This document shows positions 1 to 14,481 of a stretch of DNA of 64,000 nucleotides, piece after piece. Source of the stretch: Octopus vulgaris (lineage: Eukaryota); NCBI GenBank assembly GCA_951406725.2, contig OX597814.1, positions 74,462,001 through 74,526,000 on the forward strand, written 5' to 3'. The notes below the pieces were generated by a model. That model ran no database searches. It was not told the origin of the DNA and saw only the letters and a list, made by a program, of their open reading frames with translations. Position 1 is the stretch's first letter. The number at the start of each line of letters is the position of its first letter. The translations under genes were made by a program, and so were the position numbers.

Positions 1-96
1 TGATGCCTCAGAAATGTTCAGTGACCGGTCGACCAAGCGGCGTTCCGTTTGACCTATGTACAGGGAGTTTTATATATATATATGCGCGCGCACAAG

Positions 97-100
<4 letters not shown>

Positions 101-184
<84 letters not shown>

Positions 185-188
185 CACA
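101..188. repeat. (CA)n microsatellite
   Basis: Direct reading of the sequence. Confidence 0.97.
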
Positions 189-489
189 TGTTATAACGTA
201 GATAATCGTAACCAATTATTGTAGTGTCATCACTATTTATGACGATACTTGTTTACTCTATAATCGTGTAGTAACAATAAAATATTTTACGAAACAGGAT
301 AACGTAACAATCCAATAAACTGTCCACGAACTATACACGAACCAACAAACGATATTCCGAAAAACTACCAAAACGACACCTTACAACTTCTTGCGATTAA
401 CGCCTGCTCTGTTTCAATCAAACCGCTACTATTTATAGTCGTTCGGTCAAGTTTATTCTCGTAGGGGTGTCGTGACTCTCGCCGCAACA
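189..489 (-). repeat. 3' LTR of Gypsy-type retrotransposon
   Basis: TGTT...AACA termini; on the minus strand it directly follows the polypurine tract AAAAGGGGAGA (490-500), downstream of the integrase remnant. Confidence 0.8.
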
Positions 490-2530
490 TCTCCCCTTTT
501 GAGATTTCGACTTCCGTAGGAAATGAAATTTATTTTATTACTTCTTTCTTAGCGAAGGGGGAGGTATTGTTTTCAGTCGTGTTTGTTTGTTTGCTGGTTT
601 ATTCGTAGACAAGATATCTCAAGAACCGCTGGATGGATTCGGATCAAACTTTCAGGGATGTTTGGCTTCATGACTGGCACGAACGGATTAGATTTTGGGA
701 TCGATCCGGTACCGAACAAGGATTCTGGATTATTTTTCCGTTTTTTTTAAACTTAATTTTTAAGAGCGGTCGGGTTCATTTTTAGTATTATCGTTTACGA
801 GAGCAGTCGAGTTTATTTCAAATATTCTCATTTTAAAAATAATTTCTGGCTAATCATTGAGAGGACGTTGGTGTTGCCCTGGCGGAGCTTTGCGCTCTCT
901 GAGTGCTCTTAATATTATTATTTTTCCTTTCTTTCCAACAACTCCTCCTTTTAGAAATTTTGCTCCCTTGAGGAGTTCAGTACCTTTTCCGCTTAGGAAT
1001 TATTTCTAAATGTTCAGTCTATTCATATTTTCTGTTACTGCTCCTTCTAGGCTCAACCTCTTTCAGTGCTGGCACATCGAACATGTCGTAAAACACTTCC
1101 ATTGGAATTTGCTTCCTTTCTTCTGTATGTCTGATTTTTAATTGATTTAGATGACATTAATGCTCCCATCATTGGCCTTTTATAAAATACATCATGTTTC
1201 TAATTCTTTTAGTCACTACACCATCCTGCCAACTTTCTTTACCGTTCTTGTATACTTTGAAATGGACTTTGTCACCGACATCAAAATGTTTAGTCGAATT
1301 TTTTGTATTTTCTCTATACGTTTTTTCCTTTGGCAACAATTTCTCGAAGATCAATTTAATCTTTCGAGCAAACATTAGCTCTGCAGGCAACTTGGCTCGA
1401 CTGGTATTCGGATTGAGCGTTATTCTGTACACCCTTAAGAATTTAGTTAGCACTTCGTCATTTCCTAACTTGTTACTTGTTTTTTTAAGCGCTCGCTTGA
1501 AAGTATCTACGAATCGTTCTACTTGCCTATTTGACATCGGGTGGTAAGGCGGGGTAAACATGTGCTTGATTGCATTTTGCAAAATTTCTTGAATTAGTAT
1601 CTTGTAAATTGTGTTCCATTGTCCAATACTATGGTGTCCAGAACACTGTATCGAACGAAAAGTTCATGCAGGTACTTTATTGTTGCCTTCAGGGTAGGTT
1701 GACTGCACCTACATACTTCCGGCCACTTGATAAAGCTATCAACAAAGATCAAGCAGTACGTGTCATTCACTGGTCCAGCGTAGTCTATATGTACCCTGGA
1801 CCACGGATTATCTGTCTCAGGCTACGATTGGTATTTGACCGGTGGTACCTTGGCTGCTAGCGCACAACCTCTACATGATTTTGCCAAAATTTTCAATGTC
1901 CCGGTCTATTGTCGGCGAGTACACGTACCTCCTCATCAAAGTTTTCATTCTTGACATCCCCGGGTGTCCACTATGAAATTCATGTAATATCCGTTTCTGT
2001 ATTGCAGTTGGTACTACTACTCTTTGTGCGTACAATACTACATTGTCGCAGAGCGAAAAGTGATTTGCATTCGTGTTTCTCTTTTATTTATTTTTCAAGG
2101 TTTCCTTCATTTTTATGATGTATTTGTCCTCCGTTGATTTACTTTTTATATCTTGTGCAGTTACTTGTAACTCCTGAATAACATTACACATAATGTTTTT
2201 AATTTCCTTTTCTGATTGTAATGCGGCTATCACTGTATCTTACAGCGGTTCCGCATCCTTCGGAATTAGCCCAGATAAACAATCTGCATGGCCAATTTTC
2301 TTAGAAGGAATGTACTCGATCTTAAAGTTGTAATTTAACAATATTGTACACCAGCGTTCTACTCCGTTAGCTGTATGGGTAGGAATTCCTTTCTTCGATC
2401 GGAAAATTGTTAGTAACGGTCGGTAGTCCGTTTGAAACCGAAAACTTTTACCGTGGAGAAATCTGTAAAATTTCTTCACGGCAAAAATAATCGCATGCAT
2501 ACGTACATACATACACACACACAGGCACAC
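490..2530 (-). mobile_element. Decayed Ty3/Gypsy pol (RNase H, integrase) with PPT
   Basis: ORF 2240-2530 AIIFAVKKFYRFLHGKSFRFQTDYRPL...HADCLS (RNase H); ORF 1169-1582 TPPYHPMSNRQVERFVDTFKRALKK (integrase core); RH-before-IN order; frameshifts. Confidence 0.9.
535..910 (+). mobile_element. Non-autonomous Helentron/DINE-1-like (HINE-like) element inserted in the Gypsy element
   Basis: GGAGGTATTGTTTT start, GTTT microsatellite, GGCGGAG...CTCTGAGTGCTCTT end; second copy in opposite orientation split at 39752-39848 and 40673-40848. Confidence 0.6.
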
Positions 2531-5500
2531 ACATATATGTGGGTGATGAAATATTAATAATATTACCTTTTAAACTTACTGACACTACTAGTTTAACCTG
2601 TCTTTAATTTCTTTTAGGAAAGTTTTAAAATAGAGGTGTGTTGTGTTACCAAATATTCGAGTGTGAAGATTATAATCTGTAGACATTTTGAAAGACGGGC
2701 CAAGATAATACAATTAATCTCCTGTTCTATCATAAGATTTTTCACTGACAGTTTATAATTATACAGTTCTTTCTGGAGGTCGCTTAGTCTTTCAAAGAAA
2801 ATAAAGTTATTTTGATGTGCTATATAAATGGCTATTTCAGACATTACTATTGTTAAATATTTTTGATAAAGTGTTAATGTTGCATGTGTCAAAACAACTT
2901 GCTTTAGGCAGAGAAAAAATTGCAGTTTAAGAGTGAGTATGTATGTAGTTATATATTTCAATACACTGCGGGATTATTCAATCTATACTTGTAGATATTA
3001 AAATAAATATCTAATGAATATGTTTAGAATTATTACCGAGTATAATGAATCGTTTATCATTCAAAGGGATTACATAAAACGAAGTCTTTAAACCTGTAAT
3101 TAGCAACTATTTTAGATACAATTTTATCGCCAACATAGAAACAAAGATTGTCTGTTATAATCTTATGTTTCTGATGGCATTTCCAGAAATGGCATGTAAT
3201 AATAGGTGGTTGCTTTAATTTTAATTATTTTAAGACTATTGTCTTTTCCTTTTCTCTAATTTCTGCCTGTTGTCTTTGGCTTCAGGCTATTATGTGCAAA
3301 GGAGCCGCACATAGCCGAGTCAATGATATACTAGCCTATTTATGGACGGCTTGATGGTTCACATCCCATCACTGGTATCGTGTTGTGGTCATAATCAATA
3401 CATTTAGCTACCAATAAACCACCCACCTGGTTGTATAACACTATGTATGTACCACAATCCACTGGGAGCAGACATTGTTGATATCAAATCTCTCGTTGTT
3501 GTTTAACTCCTAGTCGGCTTCTATAGACCTATAATCAAAGACATTCTACAAATGGACAACTTGTCTTTTTGAGTAACTAGGAATACATTATATAAGGTCT
3601 TATTTGCTGTTAAGATGGTAGGGTGCAATTGAAAGAAAATATGACTGCTATTTTTAGTAGGCAGAGCGACCATGTAAAGGTTTTGCTCTGGATCGTGAAA
3701 CACCTCAGTGGAATCATCAAATCTCATTGATCCAACTTGGTAAGGGATGGATTCGTTGTCTTCAAAAGGAACAAACTATCAAATGTCCAAATGTGCAATT
3801 AAGCTTAATCACTCCCAGAGTAAATTCCATAAATTTCACCTATGAAGCCTGTAGTTTTTACAAATCTAGCTAATGCCTATTATACAGTACTCCAACTTGT
3901 TACTTCAAATAATTACTATAATATACTTTTAACAACTTTATTTTATGACAAACGAAAAACAGTTATATATAATAGATATAGAAATAAAAAAAGGACATAA
4001 AACAATTCTCCACACATTTACAAATGCAATACAAATACGTATAAATATTATTTTGAAATGAACTCATTCTAATTTAAATACCTGTTTTTGAGCCGTTTGT
4101 ATGAATGATTTTGAACTTCAAATTTAAAACTGCACTGTTTTCAGTTTCCTCCCATTAAAGTCCACAGATTTTCTTGGCTCACTGAAGCTCTCAAATGTGA
4201 TAAGATCAATTCCACCTCACTGAAAAAAGTCACTCACAGCATTTTACAATCCCAAATTTCTTCATAAAGATTGAAGGACGTCCATATCAATATTATTAAA
4301 GTCGTTTAAGCTTGAAACAACTTTTCTAACGATATATTATGAACGCAGTTGCTTTCATCTGAATCAAACAACAATCCTTTAGCATCTAAAAGTAATCCAA
4401 GTTTTAACTCTAAGTCTATGTGAACGGATAAATGTTTCTTCTATTTCATTATGGAGAAGATCAGTAGTTTGTTTCATTATTCTCATCATATCTTTCTTTG
4501 TAGTTAACTCCTACATCCTTGGCATTTTACCAGACACTTATTTCCCTTTTCTATGGCTGTCTTTCTACTTGAATATCTTATCTATTTATCTCTTACATAT
4601 TTTCAGTTCAGCTTCAAGTGATTCAAATGTCAATGGTTATGAACTGCTTCAAAATAACCTTGAACGGCCTTTAAGCCACAAACAGCTACATAAAGGTTCA
4701 TGACATAATCCTGGAATTGTTTTTGAACACAGTCAATCTGCATGAATTTTATTTAAAAAAAAATCAAAGCAGAAAAAAACAAGATATTAAAACTAAAGAA
4801 AAAAAATTAAGCAACTATCCCTCACCATCCCTTTTATCAGAAAATTAAACTTGACCATCAACAATTCCTTACAAAAGTTCCACTGTGATACCAAAGTAAT
4901 TATTAACTGATTTCAATGTTCCTGTTCTGGAACTTCATCAAATTCCAAGTTCAGATTTGACAATTACTGATATAGCACCTTACACTTTTGCCAACGGAGA
5001 ATTGAACAGCACTTAAAAAAGAGAAAAAGGAAAAGAACAAAACATTCGAATTATATGAAAACGATTACACCATCAATACTTAGCGGCACGCATTCCAACT
5101 AAATCAAATAAGTGATTAATTCAGTTTACGAAGACATCATACAATTTTTTTCATTAACCGTCTATTGAACACTACTTTTATAATGAAACCTTAATTGCAG
5201 CATTGATATAGCATTAAGGTCGATAGCTTTCTAATTACTTTTTTTTGTTTTATAAGTTACTTCAAATATTACAGCCAGCATATTTTCTATATTCTTTTGT
5301 AATTAGATAGATACAAGAAAGGATTGTTTTATAAAAATAGTTTTCTTCTTCAACTTAGTACCAACAAAACAAACACTTTCTGCTAGTTCCTCACCATGTG
5401 TTTAATTTGAAGTAGAATTAAACATCTTTCCACTATAATATGAATGCTATATAGTGGTTTCTTGTAAAAGGTAGCAGTTATCAGCTGGATACAACCATTG

Positions 5501-5705
5501 TTCTCTAACGGAGACAAATATAATATTGTCCCAGACTTCTTTGTTACGCTGCGGTGATATTCATTCCTGATATGATTAAAATTTAACAACAGTTTTAAAA
5601 ACTTCAAAAAATTTCCCAAATCCGTTTCCTCGTTTCTTTGTATTGGATTTCTTGTGAGCACACCATGTAAACTTGTTAAAAACTGATAAATGTACACAAA
5701 CGCAG

Positions 5706-5706
<1 letters not shown>

Positions 5707-5778
<72 letters not shown>

Positions 5779-5799
5779 CACACACACACATGCACACAC

Positions 5800-5836
<37 letters not shown>

Positions 5837-6034
5837 GAACATTTAGTTAAACATAGATGAGTGTATGTTTATGTGAGTGTGTACTTGTGTTTATGTAAAG
5901 AAGTGTGTGTATGTGTGTGTTTGTGTGTGTATATATACATATACATACATACACACACACACACACACGCGCATACATATATATATATATATACATACAT
6001 ACATACACACACACACATACATACACACACACAC

Positions 6035-6078
<44 letters not shown>
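5707..6078. repeat. Compound (CA)n/(TG)n/(TA)n microsatellites
   Basis: Direct reading. Confidence 0.95.
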
Positions 6079-6081
<3 letters not shown>

Positions 6082-6620
6082 GGGTGCATAAGGTATTTGA
6101 GGACATACATTTTTGGGGTAATTGCTGCATTTTTTGCTAACTCTGTATAATCTTTGTTTCAGAAAATAATAATGGCAGACCCTCATCTTATTCAAGAAAT
6201 GAAGAGGTATGCTGTTATTGTGATTATAAAGGCTGAGCATATCGATTTAGAAATAGTTTGATTCTTAAAAGTTGCTAGATCTTGCGTCTACAATATTTGT
6301 AAGGAGCTAGAGACTGAAGATGAAAACGTATCACCAATATCAAAGGATAAAAAGCATTCTAAACTCTCTGAAATCATCAGAACACCTGAATTTATTCAGC
6401 AAGTTCAACAGACCATTGATTACAATCCAAGAAAGTCCATGAGGTCAATTGCAAAAGATTTCCATGTTCAGAAGGAAAAGTCAGAATTGTTATCCATGAA
6501 GACATCAGATATAAATTTTTATGATGAGGAAAGATCAGTTTGTCAGAAAAAACAAAAGAAAATCACTTCATCAGATCTAAAACTGAAAACTCCAGCAGAA
6601 GATTTGATTTGTTTTTTTCT
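6079..6620 (+). mobile_element. 5' part of decayed Tc1/mariner-superfamily (maT/DD37D-like) transposon
   Basis: TA|CAGGGTG start; translation ...IRTPEFIQQVQQTIDYNPRKSMRSIAKDFHV resembles the transposase HTH region at 57301. Confidence 0.65.
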
Positions 6621-6635
6621 ATCTATCTATCTGTC

Positions 6636-6637
<2 letters not shown>

Positions 6638-6696
<59 letters not shown>

Positions 6697-6697
6697 G

Positions 6698-6750
<53 letters not shown>
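6638..6750. repeat. (GATA)n microsatellite
   Basis: Direct reading. Confidence 0.97.
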
Positions 6751-6751
<1 letters not shown>

Positions 6752-7749
6752 TGGATCTCGGTCAGAAACTGCAACCATAAGTTTACAGCTGTTCAGTCAA
6801 CTGAACTACCAAGCACATTGAATTAGCGTGTACGTGGATGAGTATTTTACAGATACGTGTACCAATAATATTATTTTCAGGCGGAATCAACGTGGTAGAC
6901 TGAAAAAGCTGAAGAAGATTGAAAATGGACGTTTGCTCAAGATTCGGCCACAGAGTTTCTACATCTACAAAGGAAAGTTAGATGGTTTGAAAGAGGAGCT
7001 CGTCTTTCAAAGCATTCGGCCACACTTCACCAATATACATATCTACGCGCACGCGCACACGCGTATGTTTCTATATCTATATGTAAACAGCGTTAACGAA
7101 ATCGCTGGAAAATCAATACATCGTATTAAGGTGTTAATGGGAATGCGTTCCGGGTATCCAAAAGCTTATAATTTTTTCAATAAAAGCATATTATTATGTT
7201 TTATTAAAAAATATACCATTAATTTTTATACTAAAATATATATAATGTAAATAAATAAATAAACTTAATTTATAAATTTTATCTAAATTATTAAAAAATT
7301 CTGTAAATAGTGTATTGACCGAGTGATTCACTGCAAAGTCGATAATGCGTTGATCTTGTTCATCATTGGCACAGATTACAACAACCAGAATAAACATGGC
7401 TCTGGTTGAAAATCATTCAATGATGACGGGCTTGGTAGAGCGTCTTGTGCCATAAAATATGACCCTAGACTTGTTTACTGTACCTTTCTTTTGTTACTCT
7501 TTAAGAATTTGGTAATAATATACTAAGGCATCATTTAAGCTCCGCCTTACATAATCGATTCCCATTTGCAAGCGTTCTCCATCAATGAGCTAGTATTAGC
7601 GAGAAATTGTTTAAATGTTTTTGTATTTATTATCTTCATACAACATTCTTGTTCGTCTTCGTTCTTCTGTTGGTGCCCTGTCATAGCTACTAATATCATT
7701 TTCTCATTTCCTATCAACACTCAATTCTAAGATGTTTTCCGTAGCCGCA

Positions 7750-8750
7750 TCAAATCTCGCTTTTCCAACAAACCTAAACACCTCTTGTTTGATTTAGCAC
7801 TTTCTTCCGCAACACAAATCTCTCAAAGTCGTCCACTGACTGGTAAAACTTACTTCAAAACTGCATTCAAGTAGTTTGTGTATTCTTTTCCCCAAGAGAT
7901 AGCCAATAAAACAGACGGCACTTAAAATGTAATCATATCCGGACTTACGTCTAACCCTGACCATTTTCTTAGCAGACACTTGCAGGTAGTAATACTTGAA
8001 GTTGTAGGAATTGTTCCATCAGCTGCAGAACAAATACTGTTCCTGGACTCAAGTAAACAACGCTTATTTTTAGTTTCATTTGAACTTCAAGATTTGGCTA
8101 ATGTCCAGAAGAATAGATTTGGGTGGTAAGTTGCACACAAAAGTGCAAAATACTTTGTGTGCCAATCTTAGAACAATTCCTGAGTGACCCACTTCTTATT
8201 CTTCAACTTTCATTAGATAGGCAATTGTAACTTAATCTTTACAGTGCACAGGGTAGACCGATATCGGTTTCAGTTTCAGAGCTTCTGAAATATTCCTACT
8301 GAGTAGAAATTTTAGTCGATGATTGGTAGCTTTAAATATTGCTGCAAAATTTTCTTCAATAGAAGTAAAGGTCCTCGAAAGTAATTTCTTTAAATATAAA
8401 CATGTCTCATCTATATTGAAAATGAAATAAACAGAATATTGCTTGGCTTGAAATTCTGCAAGTACTTTAGCTCCTTCAATATCTGCACTTACTACTCACT
8501 AATTTTCTGACCACTACAGCACTTACTGATGCTTATCTTTTGCAAACCAGCCCTTTGTTACATGCAAATATTTTAGCTCCGCTCCCTTTCTCCTTCAGTT
8601 AAAGAAAAATAGGCTTTGACTTCCTACAAATGAAAGTTTGGCTCAATGGGATATTTTCTGCTGTAAGTCTTCCATTCACAGTATTAATGAGTTCGCTGTT
8701 GGTTACCACGTGAATAACTCAGCTGCGTCGCACTTAATATGGTCGGTTGT
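7750..8750 (-). pseudogene. Highly decayed pogo/Tigger transposase
   Basis: Minus-strand peptides KGWFAK, IFNIDETCLY, KLLSRTFTSIEE, NFKYYYL match Tigger DDE blocks; many stops. Confidence 0.65.
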
Positions 8751-8931
8751 TGCATTAAACTTTACATTACATCTGTATTTTTTATGACTGTCGCAAAATT
8801 ATGGTAGTTTGTGCTGATTCGTGAAAATTGTAGCGGTGGAATAGCAGCGAAGATACGAACAATTTCTGTAAATTTTCAACTGACGTTATTGTCTACGGAC
8901 ATAAATAATGCTGGCGTAAAATCAGGCAGTC

Positions 8932-9035
8932 TATACATACATTCATACATACATACATACATACATACATACATACATACATACATACATACATACATAC
9001 ATACATACATACATACATACATACATACATACATG
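8932..9035. repeat. (TACA)n microsatellite
   Basis: Direct reading. Confidence 0.95.
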
Positions 9036-9453
9036 CATGCATGTATTCATACATATACATTTATATACACACGCGCATACTTGGAGCCGTCTATGTATCA
9101 TGGTTAGTGAATATACGTCGTTGACAGTCAATTTACTTTGGTATTTGTCTGAGATAACATCCTTATGGTTGTGCTATGTTTAAAAAATACAATGTACACG
9201 AAGGGCAACAAAAAGTCATCTCATAAGCGGCTAGCAAAAGCTCCGGATGAATTTCGGCCCAGCTGGTTTTTATCAATGAAAAGTACACACAACCAATTAC
9301 TTGTCAAGCCAAGATCTATCGCGTCTGCTATAGAAAACACTAAATAAAACATTCATTGGTAATGCGAATGGCTGCTCGGCTGAACGAAAATCCAGTATAC
9401 ACAATTAAAGCAGTATTAAATTAAAATAGCCATCTGCTTCCATACTTAATATA

Positions 9454-9493
<40 letters not shown>

Positions 9494-9618
9494 ATACGCA
9501 GTTTCACCTCCATAAAGGGCTTAGCCCTATGGACCTATGGACCGAACCGTCCATAGGGCGAAACCATTGGTCACTCTATGACCGGACATATACTTAACTG
9601 CATATAAATACATTACTG

Positions 9619-9830
<212 letters not shown>

Positions 9831-10129
9831 AACGAACACGGATTTATCCTTTCCAATAATTACAGTGGAATATCCCACACTAAACGGTAATTGATGTTTA
9901 TTACTACTTGATGTGGTTAGCTGGAACCTGGAATACGCCTGAGAGTTATTATGGTTCCTGGGTAATTTATCCCTATATACTCATCTTACACAGACATACA
10001 CACACACACACGCGCATGTATTGATTTCACCCCTTCTTATTGATAACTGAATTTTTTCTTTCCACGTAAACTGACATCTAACTGTTCAAAGGAGACTTCA
10101 AAAGTAATTAGTAGTAACTTGTCCTGAAA

Positions 10130-10465
10130 ATGGACAAAATTTGGCTGAGGCAGTTACGAAAGGCTATCAAGACTAAATGCGCAGGACAAATTAAGAAAGA
10201 GGTCTTGTTTCACCAAGACAATGCTCCAGCACATAAACCCTTGGTCTCAATGGTTGCTGTGCAGGACTAGCTTCCAACTGGTTGACCACCGTCCCTAATC
10301 TCCTATTTTCGCCCCATCTGATTATCAAATGAAAAAACAATTGACTGGGAAGCAGTATCGCAGTAATGATGAATGATGCAAGAGGGACTATGTTGATAAA
10401 TAAACTTCATTTGGTCACGTTCCATGATGGTATCTTGGTCACCCTATGAACTTTTCAACCGACTT
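10130..10465 (+). mobile_element. Mariner (DD34D) transposase 3' fragment
   Basis: VLFHQDNAPAHK and a degenerate SP..APSDY motif. Confidence 0.75.
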
Positions 10466-10547
10466 TCAAAGATATGTCCAAACTCGTACTCACATACACA
10501 CACGTGTGTGCGTGAGTGTGGGGTGAGTGCATATATATGTACATATA

Positions 10548-11802
10548 CACAGACATGACAGAAGTAAATAGACACGCCACAAAACATTGTTTTATGTTTA
10601 TTCTAACTTGTAAAGGTTTATATATTTTTTAATTGACGTCTTTATGTTTCAGGTTGTATATGTAACTGTTTAATCATGCCATGTACAAAAGAAGCATTGG
10701 AATTGTCTGAATTTCAAAGAGGCCGTATTGTGGCCGTATTGTGGATCCCAAGGTTTCCTGCGTAAAATTGCAGGAAACCTTGGGATCCCACTTTCTACAG
10801 TTCATAGAGTGATTGTGCAATTCACCAGTAAGAGGAAAGAGTACACATCACCTCACCCAGATCAACCAGGGCTCTCTGACAGGATCCTTCTCTTTGCTAA
10901 GACAAATGTAAAGGATAATCCGCGTTGCAAGGCCTCTGACACAGCAGAACAAATTTGATGTCAGTCCCAGAACTGATGTCAGGTATCTTCACAAACTTGA
11001 TTACTATGGCAGAGCAGCAAGAAGAAAGCCTCTTCTTCGACCAGCCAACATCAAGCGGACAAAATATTAGGCCAGTGAGATGGTGGAGAGGCCACTAGCA
11101 TTTTGAGATACTGTCTTATTCTCTGATGAGTCCAGATTTGCTGTATTTCCTGACCAGTAGTCGAGTGTGGGTCCGGAGACTATGTGATCAAGAATTTGAT
11201 GTGAAAGGATTGCAACCGACAATGAAACATGGCAGCTATTCTGTGATGGTCTAGAGAGCAATTTGGAGCAATGGTTGACTATAGCTGGTGGAGTATGAGG
11301 GAAACACAAACTCAGATAGCTATGTATCTATATTGCAGAAAGGACTCCTTCCTAGCTTCTCCAGTGGTGAAATGATTAAAGAAGACTTTTTTATTTATGG
11401 AATATGGGGCTCCTTGTAACACGGCTAAAATGACCCAAGATTTATTGATTAAGAATGGCATTAAAAAGCTTCCATAGGCAAGCCAGTCACCAGATATGAA
11501 CCCTATTGAACACCTCTGGGACATAATGGACAGGACACTTCATTAAAAGAACTAGAAAGCATCTTCAAAGCCAGATCTTTTGAGATTACTGCATGAAATT
11601 TGACAAGAAATTCCGCAAGAGAATATTTATCATCTGATCAGTAGCATGCCTAATAGGGTCCTTGCACTGAAAAATGCAAAGGGCATATCTACTAAATATT
11701 AGATATTCACATTATAACAATAAATAATTTGAATGTATAATTTCAGGTTTAAAGAAATTTTGATAATGATAAGGGTGTCTATTTACTTCTGTTATGTCTG
11801 TG
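10548..11802 (+). mobile_element. Full-length decayed Tc1 (DD34E) transposon
   Basis: 28-bp TIRs CACAGACAT(G/A)ACAGAAGTAAATAGACAC with TA on both flanks; transposase from ~10676 (ELSEFQRGRIV...FSDESRF...SQSPDMNPIEHLW) with stops and frameshifts. Confidence 0.93.
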
Positions 11803-13849
11803 TACATAGGTATACACACGCACGCACACACACATAAGTATATATCAAGACATATATACATACATACGCACTCACGTATATATTTATACATACACATACA
11901 TACAGGTAGTGACACCACAAAAACAAATATATTCCGCACAAATATCATTATAAAGATATAGTACTGCTACATGTGCAAACAAGTATTTTTCCACGCCGAT
12001 CAAAAATTATTAATGAGTTTAAACTTTTTGTGTGCAGTGACTTCATTATAAGTTTTCTATGGTCATTTCCTGTTGTACAAGGATACAATTTATTTGTATC
12101 CTTATCTATTTTATAGCAAATTCAGGTTTTATAAAATTTCCGTTTGCATTAAACTACTGCAAATTTCCTGGTTATAAATAACAATTAAGATCTTTGTAAA
12201 GTAGATCGTTTGTCTTTACTATTTGTTACACTGGTGCAGGGCTGCATGTAACTATGAGAAATGTGTAGTAATTTGATTCCTTAGTAGTAAGTGTCTGATA
12301 TTTATGAAATTTGAGACTCTTAGAAGTATGAAATTGATCTCAGAGTTATGAAAGTTGTAACTCTCTACATCTGAAGCTTAAAACATAAACTTTCTTTTAA
12401 ACTAGACACCTCATTGTGTTTATATCAATATCATATTCAAGATTTAAGATATATAAACTTGTTTGAAGAATTGGAAAAAAATGTCGATCAAATATTATTA
12501 ATTTTGAATGTTGTAACTCTAGATTAGGTCCGCTCGAACATATCTTTGTTCAAAGGCTTACAATCAAATACTGTCTTAAACATGGCATATCTAGAACTAC
12601 ATTATCCAATGTGCACATACTTTTAAAAGTGAATTAGAGATTCGGCTGCTATTTCTAGCAAACTGAAAGACAGCATAGAGGCTCCTTCGTTGGCTCGTAC
12701 TTTGGAAAACGATAGTGTTTTGTTCTGTTGATAAACATCATTCTATGTTTAATATGATGAGATATGTTTCGATACTTGTTAAATATATGAAGTAGGAAAC
12801 TTAAGTGATAGCTTTGCTCAAATCAATGTATTACATCTAAGTCTGTCAAAAGTAAATATTTTAGAATCCTTTAAAAATAAACTCAGGTGTTAATATTTAT
12901 TTTCACCATATTGGTTTATTTTGTCAAAGCAAAAGATCACATTTGTAGAGAAGAAATGTATTTGATTGAATCCAACTACCATATTTTTCTAAGCGGTGCA
13001 TTACTATCGCCAAGACAGGAATGAAAAACAAAACGAGGATAATAAAGAACCGAAATTAAATGCTAAAAACCCTTTGTGTGACGTTCTACCATCCTGGGTA
13101 TAGCCATCGTTTTTTTTTTAGAAACAATGGGGACGTTTATATTATTATCAGATACTTAGTGATGTCAGTCAAGTAAAACGGTAACAACTGGGAATCGAAA
13201 CTGGATTGCAGATTCTATTCCATTAAATCACTTAATAACACCAGGGTTTTAAAGGAAAGTTAGGATGTCGACTTAACCCATAATTTCATCAGCCACTGAG
13301 TTTTGCAATACAAAGTCAACTTCGGCGAGTCTTTTACTGCGTCGGAAAATTAATTTTAATTGTTCAGTAGACATCATACACAAATAGTGAGGAAACAGAC
13401 TGTTGGTATAATTTCCTTAAACAAGTCTACGTGTAAACAACTTTATTGTCAGCACTAGTAGTTACAATAAGTATTCTGATAATTTGAGAAGTTAATCACT
13501 TCTACAAAAAAACTAATCAAACTAAATTGTGGACAAAAGATTTCTTATGCAATACAACCTGGTTCTTTCAAAAAAAAAATCATTATTCATTATACAAAAG
13601 TCGTTGCAGCTATTGTATCTTACAACACAGTCTTAGTTTCTTACAGATAAGGCTATTTTTTGGGAAGGAAACATAGTCTATTATATCTATTTCAGTAATC
13701 CAACCTGAAGTGATGAAAAGTAAAGCCAACCATGGTGGAATTTGGATTCAGAACGTAAGGTATCGAAACTTAATTTAGTAATGTATTTGTTTGATATTAC
13801 AATTTCAACCAATTGGCTTCATAATATACGATGAGAACGTTTTAAACGC

Positions 13850-14104
13850 TGTATAATCTGTGAAGAGAAGTTATAGGTTTCAAACGAAGTATCAATAAAT
13901 ATTTTCTTACATTATTTACATTCGACGAATATTTGTCCTCATCTTGTTTGTTGTTAACACAACGTTTCGGCTTATATACCCACCAGCCTTCTTCAGGTGT
14001 CTTGAGGGAAATTTCGAACCTGGGTTCTCATTCCTAAGGTATTTTTCGATGTTATTATTGTTCAAGTCACTACTTGGAATCGAACTCGGAATCTTGGGGT
14101 TAGT
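13850..14104 (-). mobile_element. Hammerhead-bearing tRNA-SINE, copy 1 (head-truncated, with flank)
   Basis: Inverted copy of 14496-14752. Confidence 0.8.
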
Positions 14105-14204
14105 TATAGCTGTTTGAAATAGTCAATTATTTTAGAGGCCAGCTGCCTAGTGATTACCACTGTTCAGTCAAAACTGGAGATAAAGAAAATATTTCAGTTC
14201 TCTA

Positions 14205-14479
14205 TTTAAGAGATGAGGAATTATGTACATTATTTGTATTATTTATATTCGACGGATATTTGTCCTCATCTTGTTTGTTGCTAACACAACGTTTCGGCTG
14301 ATACACCCTCCAGCCTTCTTTAGGTGTCTTGAAGAAATTTCGAACCTGGGTTCTCGTTCCTAAGGTATTTTTCAATGTTATTATTATTATTATTATTATT
14401 GTTCAGATCACTGCTGGAAATCGAATTCGGAATCTTGGGGTTAGTAGCCCGCGCTCTTAACCACTACGCCATCTGCCCG
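14205..14479 (-). mobile_element. Hammerhead-bearing tRNA-SINE, copy 2 (full head)
   Basis: Minus strand: A box TGGCGTAGTGG, B-box-like ATTCGATTTCC, then degenerate CTAAAGA..GGCTG..CAGCC GAAACGTT. Confidence 0.8.
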
Positions 14480-14481
14480 TG

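Noticed and set aside
2550-5700. Possible host exons in AT-rich unique sequence (e.g. after TTCAG at ~3285)
   Set aside because: No convincing ORF, splice-site pair or protein motif visible
14410-14479. tRNA-like sequences here and at 16661, 45855 and 51030-51095
   Set aside because: A/B boxes are present but there is no complete acceptor stem and they run into repeat bodies; SINE heads, not tRNA genes
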